DNA from: Promethearchaeia archaeon
Lineage (GTDB): Archaea > Asgardarchaeota > Lokiarchaeia > Sigyniarchaeales > SOKP01
DNA: 64,000 bases
Reading direction: 5' to 3'
Assembly (NCBI GenBank): GCA_029856045.1
Contig: JAHQWG010000025.1
Location: 32,001 to 96,000, forward strand
The translations under genes and the position numbers were made by a program. The notes below the pieces were generated by a model. That model saw only the letters and a program-made list of their open reading frames with translations, searched no databases and had not been told where the DNA came from. This document shows positions 19,851-28,971 of the stretch, piece after piece (positions within the stretch are counted from its first letter, which is position 1; every line of letters begins with the position of its first letter).

Positions 19851-21008
19851 ATGGGGAAAAAACCAATTACCGCAAAAAAATCTACCCCTCCGAAAAAAGA
19901 TTCCACTCAGACTAATAAAGAACAAGTAAATAACACCAAAACTCCCGAAAAAAGGAAAATTACTACTAAAGGCTCCATAAACAAAAAGAAATCAACTTCT
20001 ACAAAAAAAAAGGAACCCAAGGAAAAATTAAATTCCTTAAAAATTCTTAAAAAATCTCCATATTTAAAACACTCAACCTCCGTTCAAAAAAATAAAAAAG
20101 TACTTACTTTGAAAGAACTTTTTGAAAATAATCTCGTTGATAAAAAGGAAAATAAAATGGAGATTATTTTAACTGGGCAATATCAAAAAGTAATTGAATT
20201 GATAATGGAAACAGATGCAGCTAATTTAACTCCAATATTGGTTGGGCCACCTGGTGTTGGTAAAACAACATTATGCAGATATTATGCTCAAATAAGGGCT
20301 GAGATAACTGGAAATGATTCTTTTGAATGGTTAACATTTGATGAATCAACTAAACCATCTCATTTAGTAGGTTCTTTTAATCCAGCGATAACAATTCAAA
20401 AGGGATTCTTGTTTGATGCTTTCAATCCCGGTCCACTTACAAAAGCGATGTTGATGGGTGGAGTGTTTCTTGCAAATGAAATTAATAGAGCAACGGAATA
20501 CACTCAAAATTCTTTATTAGAACCATTGGAAGAAAGAATGATTTCTATTCCTCATATTGGACGAATAAAAGCATCACCTGGTTTTTTCTTTATTGGGGCA
20601 ATGAATCCATCGGAATTGGTAGGTACACATCGACTTGGAGAAGCGCTAAAGGATCGTTTTAATGTTTGGATAGAACTTGATTATCCCAAGAAACAGACGG
20701 AGATAAAAATAATCGAGCATAATAACCCATACTTTAAAATTGAAGAGGGTTTATTGGAAAAAATATATTTACTTGTTAATCGAACGCGAACTCACCATCA
20801 GATTCAGATTCCAGCAAGCCTAAGGAGTGGTATTACAATGGCTCGGCTTACTGGTATCAATATCTCAAAAAATCAAAAATTGAATTCAAATAAAATTTTG
20901 GGAGAAGTGGCAAATTATGTTTTAGCTGGATCTATTCAACCTAAACCTGGTATTAAAGCAAAAGATATCGTCAGAAGTATTATTACTCAAGTTATTGGAA
21001 CTTCTTAA
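19851..21008 (+). CDS. MoxR-family AAA+ ATPase with Lys-rich low-complexity N-terminal tail
   Basis: GPPGVGKT, PGPLTKAM, Walker B variant LANEINR, AMNP, ALKDRF, LDYP, sensor II SLR. Confidence 0.9.
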   Translation: MGKKPITAKKSTPPKKDSTQTNKEQVNNTKTPEKRKITTKGSINKKKSTSTKKKEPKEKLNSLKILKKSPYLKHSTSVQKNKKVLTLKELFENNLVDKKENKMEIILTGQYQKVIELIMETDAANLTPILVGPPGVGKTTLCRYYAQIRAEITGNDSFEWLTFDESTKPSHLVGSFNPAITIQKGFLFDAFNPGPLTKAMLMGGVFLANEINRATEYTQNSLLEPLEERMISIPHIGRIKASPGFFFIGAMNPSELVGTHRLGEALKDRFNVWIELDYPKKQTEIKIIEHNNPYFKIEEGLLEKIYLLVNRTRTHHQIQIPASLRSGITMARLTGINISKNQKLNSNKILGEVANYVLAGSIQPKPGIKAKDIVRSIITQVIGTS

Positions 21009-21042
21009 TTAAAAAATTGCAATGATCAAAAAAGGATAAAAA

Positions 21043-23607
21043 ATGGTATTATTTCCTGAAAATCCAGTGACGTTTTCAATTAAATTAATTCGAACGTTAA
21101 GAGATTCCCCGAAATGTTCGAATAAACCTTCACTTCGTCAAGCTATCGCGATTTGTAGACTTATTTTATCGAGATTTATGTATAGAGGTCGTTGTGATAT
21201 TGAAGATTTCGTAGAAATCGCAGTTATAACTAGCCCATTAGAAAATCAGGAATTGGTTAGAAAAATTGCAATAGAACTTTTTACATATAGAGATGATTCA
21301 AAGAAAAACACCATGAAAGATTTATTAGACAATTCTGAATTATTAAGTGATAAAAAAGCTAGCTCACTTATTGACGATGAAATGGATGAATTAAGCGATT
21401 TGGAAAAAGTGTTCGATGATTTAGAATATTTAAAAAATAATTTAGAAGCACTTGAGGATTTAAAATTAGATCAAAAGGAAGATTCAACATTTGATGACCT
21501 ATTTAATAATTACGAGAAATTTTTAGAGGAACAACCGTATAAAACTGCTTTAAATGTTGTAGAAAATAAAGAAACTTTTAACTCTAAAAATTTAAATGAT
21601 TTAAACTCACTCCTTGAACGCGCAAAAGAAATTATAAATGAGAAAATAAATAATTTGGAACCAGAGGATATTGGCGCCGCTAAAAATTTAGAGATGCTAG
21701 ACGAGATAGTTGATAAAGTGAAAAAACCTCAAGAAAAATTAGTTTCAGAATATGCAAAAGATAATGACCTTGAAAAATTTTGTGAATCTTTGGAAGATAT
21801 TTTTCAAAATAATTTTGAAGAGGGATTAAATGCATTAGATTTTGCGTTAAAATCTGAATTATTAGATACCAATTCACAAAAAGATGCTAAGAATGTATTA
21901 GAAAGAAAAATGTCTGAGATGGGTAGAAATGTAAATGATTTATTTAATGCGTCAAAAACTTTGGGGACTAAAATAGATTTAGATGAAAATGAGCTAGGTG
22001 AGATTTTAAAAAATAGTTCTGATTTACCCTTTGAAGAAACTTATCAAAATATTAAGAATTTTGACCAATATTTTGGAGGAAATCTATGCGATCAATATTT
22101 AGACAATTTATCTAATAATATAGCTCAAATTGATAATGATGAAAATATTCGAGATGAATTAATTAAAAACCCAAGTAAAATTCCTGGATGGAGAAAGATG
22201 GTAGATAAACTTATTGATAAAGAGACCGAACAAATTTATAATGATTACCAAAATTCTCCAAGCTTACCTATTCAACTCAAAAATTATGCAGATAATTTAA
22301 TTAAATCACAATTAGATTGTACTGAAATGCATTGTAGAACCCAACTAGGTAATAAAATTTCTGATTTGGTTAACAAAACTGTAGAGTCTTCACCAGATAA
22401 AGAATATTTAAAAAATATTGTAAAAAGTTTTGAAAATATGGGTTATATCCCAGATATTGATGCTATTAAAGAGACTGGGAAAAAATTAAATATGACTGAG
22501 GAAGAAATATTAAACCTAATACAGCCAAATTTTCGATATCTTAAAAAAGAAGTGGAAAGAAACGAAGGTTCTTATGAGGAATATAAAAATCTTATTAATC
22601 ATATAGACCTTAGTCCCTCTCAAGTTAATCAACTAGTTAATTCCGCTGTAGGAGGAGATTCGCCGAATTTGGAAGTACTGACAGCTTTATGTGAAAATCA
22701 TCTTGGAAATGTAATAAATGCTGCAGAAAAACTAGGAGAACAAGCTCTTGAAAATGTTTTATCAGCTATAGGTGCTGGAGGTGGGCTAGATCTCTTAGAA
22801 CAATGGTATTTATCTAGACATAATATTTCACCTAGAGTTAGGAATAAAATAAAGGAATTGATAAGAGAGATAATGATTGATTTGGGTATTAAATGCGCTA
22901 ATTCATTTATTGGAAGTGCAAATGCGGGACCTTTGGTTGAAAATGTTGTCATTCCATATACAATTGGAGATGATTTCGAACTAATTGATTTAGAAGATAC
23001 TATAAATAACTTAATGGAATCGGGAAAAAATGTAGAAATGATTTCTAATGATGATTTTTTAGTTCATAAAACTTCTCAAGGCCTTAGAAATTTGGTACTT
23101 GAATTAGATATTAGTGGAAGTATGTCAGGAGATAAATTAGCTTATATGGCATTATGTGTAGTTATGTTAGTATATGCATTCAAACCTGAAGAAATCGCGT
23201 TAACATTTTTTGAATCTAATACACATAAGCTTAAGGATCTCGACGAAGAAGTAGATATAGAAGAGGTTGTTGATGAATTATTGGAGATTCGTGCACGAGG
23301 TGGAACTTGTATTCATTCTGCGTTAAATTGGGCAAATCTTCAATTTGAAAAGAAAGCTAGATCTAAAGTAAATATCAATATTCTTTTTACAGATGCTGAT
23401 GTTTTCGATTTTTCCAACTCAATGGAAGAGCTCGAAAAATTAAAGGAAAAGGATGTAAGGTTTGTAATGGTAGTTCCTAAATTTGGATATTCTCCAGTTA
23501 TGGCAAAAAAAATGGTTGATGCTGCAGATGGCGTTTTATTGACATTAAATCAGTGGAGAGATTTTCCGAAATTAATCTCTCAAATTATAACAAACCAGAT
23601 GTTGTAA
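21043..23607 (+). CDS. Large acidic helical protein with C-terminal VWA domain (MoxR partner) and N-terminal AAA-lid-like segment
   Basis: MIDAS ELDISGSM, RGGT, FTDAD; directly downstream of the MoxR ATPase. Confidence 0.88.
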   Translation: MVLFPENPVTFSIKLIRTLRDSPKCSNKPSLRQAIAICRLILSRFMYRGRCDIEDFVEIAVITSPLENQELVRKIAIELFTYRDDSKKNTMKDLLDNSELLSDKKASSLIDDEMDELSDLEKVFDDLEYLKNNLEALEDLKLDQKEDSTFDDLFNNYEKFLEEQPYKTALNVVENKETFNSKNLNDLNSLLERAKEIINEKINNLEPEDIGAAKNLEMLDEIVDKVKKPQEKLVSEYAKDNDLEKFCESLEDIFQNNFEEGLNALDFALKSELLDTNSQKDAKNVLERKMSEMGRNVNDLFNASKTLGTKIDLDENELGEILKNSSDLPFEETYQNIKNFDQYFGGNLCDQYLDNLSNNIAQIDNDENIRDELIKNPSKIPGWRKMVDKLIDKETEQIYNDYQNSPSLPIQLKNYADNLIKSQLDCTEMHCRTQLGNKISDLVNKTVESSPDKEYLKNIVKSFENMGYIPDIDAIKETGKKLNMTEEEILNLIQPNFRYLKKEVERNEGSYEEYKNLINHIDLSPSQVNQLVNSAVGGDSPNLEVLTALCENHLGNVINAAEKLGEQALENVLSAIGAGGGLDLLEQWYLSRHNISPRVRNKIKELIREIMIDLGIKCANSFIGSANAGPLVENVVIPYTIGDDFELIDLEDTINNLMESGKNVEMISNDDFLVHKTSQGLRNLVLELDISGSMSGDKLAYMALCVVMLVYAFKPEEIALTFFESNTHKLKDLDEEVDIEEVVDELLEIRARGGTCIHSALNWANLQFEKKARSKVNINILFTDADVFDFSNSMEELEKLKEKDVRFVMVVPKFGYSPVMAKKMVDAADGVLLTLNQWRDFPKLISQIITNQML

Positions 23608-23622
23608 GAATAAGTTCATAAG

Positions 23623-25995
23623 GTGATATTTATTAATCTTAAAAATAATTTGGAAAATATATCCTTGTTTAGAAGTCGAGTAATCGGTGCTCGATTAAGT
23701 AGAGGAAAAAACATTCCCAATAAAAATATTTTAAATTTTAATATTATCACGGAACCACTCATTAACATATTAGCTAATATTCAAGGTTCGGGGGATAATA
23801 TATATGTAATAAATATTTTTGAAGAAGAAGATAAAAATTTTAATATTATTCACGATTGTCCTGATTTTAAGAAAGGAAATAATTATTGCAAGCATATTGT
23901 TAAATTATTTCTTGTTCTAGATAATGAAACTTGTAAAAATATTTGCTCTAATTTTATTCATTTTACATCAGATTTTAACTCAATAAAGAAAAGTAAAGCA
24001 AATAGTTATATAATTAAATCAGAAAATTTAATTAAAGAGTCTAAATACCTTGAAGCAATTAATTATTTAAAGAGTGCTTATGAAGAATCAAAAAATTTTG
24101 AATATATTGAAAAAATTTTAGAAATAGCGAAGAAATTTGATCTGCCAGATCAATTTATTAAATACGTTAAAAAAAAGGATGAGACTGTTCAAAAACATAA
24201 AGAAGTATTTCCAAAATTTATTAATTTAATTTTTAAGAAAATAAATGAATATACATACCAAAATTTTATAGATATATTAATTAGCATACGAGAAATCTTA
24301 ATTAAATTACCAGAAAATGATGCAATTAATATATTAAAAGAAATTAAACTGGATTTATTGAAAGATCCGCTATTTAAATTTATGTTATTATACCAAATTA
24401 GTCCAAGAATTGAAATTAATAAATATTATCCCGAATTATTGAAAGAATTTCAAATTAAAGAAAAAAATGTAGAAAAAATAAACATAAAAACTATTTTGGA
24501 AGGATATTTTTCAAATTTACTTAATGAAGCAATATTAAATATGGAATCCGAAGAAGTAATTGATTCCTTTTTGAAAATTGCTGATATTTTTAGATTTACC
24601 AGTTATACAAGTATTTTAAGAAAAATAAACGATTATAAAAAGAAATTGGAAAAAATCTATTTAGAAGGCTTAAAATTAAAGCATGCATTTATAAGATCTC
24701 TTGTTATTACTAATACTAATACAGACAAACTTAGACAGATAAAGTTTAATTATAGATATAAATATCCTTCATTGATATGGGCGGGTGTTAGGAAGAAACA
24801 AGAAAAACCTTTATTTTTTTTCATATTAGAAAAGTGTGGATTCGATAAACACCATTTACAATATACCCATATCGACAATTTTATTGAAAATTTTCCGGTT
24901 TTTTCGGAAATATTTGATGGTAATAATCCCATTCCTAATAAAATTAGAACTTTTTGGGAGACTGATAAACCAAAAATAACAAATATTATTCATGAGTCCT
25001 TTTTAACTGAATTGGATTTTGAAGTAAATTATGATAACTTAGATAATTACATTTTGATTGAATGGGATTTGGCGCAGAAACCGATTTTGGGAAGTTATAT
25101 TTGTCAATTTTTTGAGGGATATTTAATTCCCGATCAAAACCATCCTTTAACTTACGAGATTAAACCCTTTGATTTAATTCTTTGTGAACATAACCCAATA
25201 ACAATTAAAGGAAATAATGTAAAGGTTTATCAACCAATAAAAAGAGTTAATGTAAAAACAGCAATTGAATTAGTCTATGCAGGTATTAGATTTATTGTTA
25301 ATTATTTGCCATTTAACGTGATACAAGATCTAAAAGATATGAAATTAGATGAAATTGATGCTTATAATCAAGTAAGTAATCAGCTTGCAAATATTTTTAG
25401 TCCAAAAAAAGAACAATTCAAAAATGCATTTAATAATTTTGTTCATAATAAAATTAGCATGGATCTCAATAAGATATATTTGAAAACTATCAAGAAATCC
25501 AATTATAAAGAAAAAGTTCTGAAAATGGTAGGATTTTATCGTTATTCTAAAATCTTTAATGAAAAAGCAGCTTTACAACCGTTTGGATTTAGTAATTTAA
25601 AGAGAAATTCTTTACAAGAGTTAAAAATGGACTTGAAAAAGTTAATCTCAAAAAAACTTACAGACGTAATAAAATTTAAAAAATTTGATCAAATTAATAT
25701 TGAAACTTTAAAAAAATTTTCAGAATTTAAAAAATGGACTGTTGGATTAATATATGAACTCAAACAACAACTTGATGAGTGTAAAATATACCAAATAACT
25801 AAAGAAGAATATGAAATACATGAATTATTCGAAACTTATTATGGGAAAGCGATTATTGGAGGGGATATTATTCTAAATCTTAAAAAAAAAGATGTAGATG
25901 GAAAAAAAAGATATTCAATTTCAAAAAAAGAGCTCTTTAAAATAATTGAAAATTTTAAATTCTTAAAAATCCAACCTCCAGAAATTATTAGCTAA
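23623..25995 (+). CDS. SWIM-like zinc finger protein with helical repeat region
   Basis: HDCPDF..GNNYCKHIVKL (SWIM CxC..CxH with the first Cys replaced by His); a TPR-like segment follows. Confidence 0.7.
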   Translation: MIFINLKNNLENISLFRSRVIGARLSRGKNIPNKNILNFNIITEPLINILANIQGSGDNIYVINIFEEEDKNFNIIHDCPDFKKGNNYCKHIVKLFLVLDNETCKNICSNFIHFTSDFNSIKKSKANSYIIKSENLIKESKYLEAINYLKSAYEESKNFEYIEKILEIAKKFDLPDQFIKYVKKKDETVQKHKEVFPKFINLIFKKINEYTYQNFIDILISIREILIKLPENDAINILKEIKLDLLKDPLFKFMLLYQISPRIEINKYYPELLKEFQIKEKNVEKINIKTILEGYFSNLLNEAILNMESEEVIDSFLKIADIFRFTSYTSILRKINDYKKKLEKIYLEGLKLKHAFIRSLVITNTNTDKLRQIKFNYRYKYPSLIWAGVRKKQEKPLFFFILEKCGFDKHHLQYTHIDNFIENFPVFSEIFDGNNPIPNKIRTFWETDKPKITNIIHESFLTELDFEVNYDNLDNYILIEWDLAQKPILGSYICQFFEGYLIPDQNHPLTYEIKPFDLILCEHNPITIKGNNVKVYQPIKRVNVKTAIELVYAGIRFIVNYLPFNVIQDLKDMKLDEIDAYNQVSNQLANIFSPKKEQFKNAFNNFVHNKISMDLNKIYLKTIKKSNYKEKVLKMVGFYRYSKIFNEKAALQPFGFSNLKRNSLQELKMDLKKLISKKLTDVIKFKKFDQINIETLKKFSEFKKWTVGLIYELKQQLDECKIYQITKEEYEIHELFETYYGKAIIGGDIILNLKKKDVDGKKRYSISKKELFKIIENFKFLKIQPPEIIS

Positions 25996-26144
25996 AATTA
26001 TAGAAGACTTTTGATCATTTTTGAACAAAATAATTTGGTTAAATTAAATTTATTTAGAAAAGTTTTTTATCTGAATTTTTAATACTCCAAATTTTAATAA
26101 GCAACAAAAAATTCTACGAACTATCCAATATTCTGATCTATTAA

Positions 26145-26942
26145 ATGAAAAGAAAAATGTCTGAAACCAAAATATTAATTCCCCGAAGTTCAGGAGGTTC
26201 TTTAAGTGCAATTCATTTTATTACCTCGAACAATTTATTTAAGGATTCAAATAAAAAAGCTCCATTTGTAATAATATGTCATGGATTCACTGGTGATAAA
26301 TATGAGTGGGGTCGCTTTACGAAAACGGCGAATATTTTGAATGATGAAGGATTTGATGCGTTGATTTTTGATTTTTCAGGTTCTGGTGAGAATCAACGAG
26401 AACTCAAATTACTTTCTAAACAAGTGAAAGACCTTGAAGATGTTTACGCATGGGTAAAACAACATGATTATTCTTGGATTGCTATTATTGGTCTTTCCTT
26501 TGGTGCTCTTACTGTATTAAATGCTAATCTTTCTGGAATAAAGACAACTATTTTTTGGGCTCCTGGCTTTAATATTAAGAGAATATTTAAAAATGGAAAT
26601 ATTGAGTTAATTGAAATCTTAAAAAATCTTAGGAAACCTCCACTTAAAATACCTTCCTCAGGTGATAATGAACCTATTTGGTTAGATTACAGTTTTATCG
26701 AAGAGATTTTAAAAATCGATATAAATACACAACTTCGAACATTTACAACTCCAGCATTGATTGTACAAGGAAAGGCTGATACTACTGTTAAGCCCATTTA
26801 TACAAGAGAATCATTTGGATATTTTCCTCGAGATGAACACCATAAAATGATTGAAATTGATAATGCAGGCCATGATTTTAAAGATGAGCATCTTATAGAA
26901 TTTATTAATGCGACCATCGATTGGCTAAAAAAATACTTATAA
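26145..26942 (+). CDS. Alpha/beta hydrolase (serine esterase/peptidase-like)
   Basis: CHGFTG, nucleophile elbow GLSFG, acid GKADTTV, His AGHDF. Confidence 0.9.
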   Translation: MKRKMSETKILIPRSSGGSLSAIHFITSNNLFKDSNKKAPFVIICHGFTGDKYEWGRFTKTANILNDEGFDALIFDFSGSGENQRELKLLSKQVKDLEDVYAWVKQHDYSWIAIIGLSFGALTVLNANLSGIKTTIFWAPGFNIKRIFKNGNIELIEILKNLRKPPLKIPSSGDNEPIWLDYSFIEEILKIDINTQLRTFTTPALIVQGKADTTVKPIYTRESFGYFPRDEHHKMIEIDNAGHDFKDEHLIEFINATIDWLKKYL

Positions 26943-27227
26943 CTAAAAAAAATAACGTGATTGAGAATAATTAAAAAAACCCATAAAAACATATAGAATT
27001 AATTTATATTTATTTTGAATCATTCTATCTTTTAAAAGTAAAAACTTCTTTGTGATATTTGCAACAAACTAATTGTTTATAGATTTAATTATAGTATGGT
27101 TCTTTATTTGATTTCTATTCCTTAAAAGATTAATTATATCTTTGATTATTGCTGAATCAAGATTTCATATTGGTTTATCGGCTTAAATTTTTAATGAATC
27201 ATTTGCAAGAGCTCTTGCATAAAATAA

Positions 27228-27818
27228 TTAAGATCTTAATTTAACGAAGATAAATAAACCTATCCCAACAATTGCAACAATTATCCCAATAAGCGGGACT
27301 AATATAAATGTGCGAAAAAAATAAGAATCATACTGAGATGGATCTTGATGCCAATAGAAATATACTTCCATATCTTTTCCTTCAAACCACATTGTACAGT
27401 AGTCTGGGTAATAATCTCCATTATAGAGCATAATTTCATACTCTCTACCTCCCCCTAGCTCATATGTCATAAAACCAATTACACCGTTTCTCTCCTTATG
27501 ACAATAACAGATATTTAAAACATCGCCATCCCCAGGATATTCTAGAAGAAAAACAGAAAAGATTGATTCATTGCCATAATTCGAAAGCCATATATTTACA
27601 GAATCATTTTGATGGTGTTTTATAATTTTGTAATAATTAAATTCCCAATCTTCAGTCCACCAAGTATGATAACAGGTATTATTAGTATCGTCTGAGATCT
27701 TAAAAGGGGGGTATAATAATGCATTATAATCTTGAAAAGTAAAGGCTTCAACATAAACAATAAATGATGTGAGTAGAGGAAAAAATAATAGTGAAATTAA
27801 ACAGATATTTCGTTTCAT
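27228..27818 (-). CDS. Secreted or surface protein with signal peptide and C-terminal TM anchor
   Basis: N-terminal MKRNICLISLLFFPLLTSFIVYVEA, aromatic-rich ectodomain, C-terminal hydrophobic helix followed by KLRS. Confidence 0.7.
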   Translation of the reverse strand: MKRNICLISLLFFPLLTSFIVYVEAFTFQDYNALLYPPFKISDDTNNTCYHTWWTEDWEFNYYKIIKHHQNDSVNIWLSNYGNESIFSVFLLEYPGDGDVLNICYCHKERNGVIGFMTYELGGGREYEIMLYNGDYYPDYCTMWFEGKDMEVYFYWHQDPSQYDSYFFRTFILVPLIGIIVAIVGIGLFIFVKLRS

Positions 27819-27890
27819 TAAATTATTTTTGTTTTTCAGATTTATAATTTATACCATATTTTTTAGGCTGAATTTTTCTTTATATAATTA

Positions 27891-28838
27891 ATGACAGTTA
27901 TTATTCCAAAAAAAGCATATTTAACAATTGTTGCATCAGCAGTTAGATTTGCTAATGCACGAATACCAAAAGATGATTGGTTGGAAGTTAGTGGTGTAGT
28001 AATTGGTAAGAATGTTGGTGATGATGTGTTAATCTCAGCCGTATATCCAATCATGCATCAAGAATTAGATAAGGATGCAGTGATTGATCAATATAAATGG
28101 AAAGATGAAGATTATGAAGCACTGTCTATAATTGATGATGAGGCATTTTCGAGAGAAGAATTCACCGTTGGATGGTTTCATAGTCACCCCGGTTTTAAAG
28201 TAATGATGTCACATATCGATATCAGAACAACATTAAGCTATCAAACAAATAATCCTTTAGCGATTTCATTAGTATTTAACCATATGAGATTAATAAAACA
28301 AATCGAATTGCCTGATAAAAAAGGAGACCCTGATATCCCTTTAGAAAACGATCCGGGTTTTAAAATTTTTCGATTAGATGAAGTAAGAGGAATTGAAGCA
28401 AGTTATCATCCTATCGATTTTAAAATAGAAGGATATGAGAGTATACAACAATTAATTCAAACAACCCAAGCTTTTGTTGTCGATGTAACAAATATACTCC
28501 CTAAAGAAGGCTTAATCGAGTCATATCAGAATCAAGTGAATAAATCAATAGAGGAATTAAATTCTCAATTAATTGGAACAGAGGAATATCTCAAAACACT
28601 TGCAAGAGAGGGAGCAACTTCGAGGATTCCAGAAGTTCTTTTGAACCAAACTAGGGATATAAATAAATTTGTTGAAAGAGTAAATAAAAAAATTGAGAAA
28701 ATGAAAGAATTCTTAGATTACTTAGAGTATAAAGAAAGAGAATTAATTTTACATCAAGTTTTAGACGTAATTAATCAATGGGAACAAAAAGTAGAAAATT
28801 TAGAAACTGATTTACGTGTATTATCTCAGAAATTTTAA
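27891..28838 (+). CDS. Third MPN+ (JAMM) protein with shorter C-terminal coiled coil
   Basis: EVSGVVIG, GWFHSHPGFKVMMSHID, GFKIFRLD. Confidence 0.9.
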   Translation: MTVIIPKKAYLTIVASAVRFANARIPKDDWLEVSGVVIGKNVGDDVLISAVYPIMHQELDKDAVIDQYKWKDEDYEALSIIDDEAFSREEFTVGWFHSHPGFKVMMSHIDIRTTLSYQTNNPLAISLVFNHMRLIKQIELPDKKGDPDIPLENDPGFKIFRLDEVRGIEASYHPIDFKIEGYESIQQLIQTTQAFVVDVTNILPKEGLIESYQNQVNKSIEELNSQLIGTEEYLKTLAREGATSRIPEVLLNQTRDINKFVERVNKKIEKMKEFLDYLEYKERELILHQVLDVINQWEQKVENLETDLRVLSQKF

Positions 28839-28971
28839 TAAATAAAATGTATATTCGCGTTCTATCTCAACTCTTTCAATGATTATTTGTATGAAAAGTT
28901 ATATAAATTATATGGGTTTTATTTTCTTAATTTAGAAGTTTTTGGACAATTATATAGCTGATTTTAACTAG

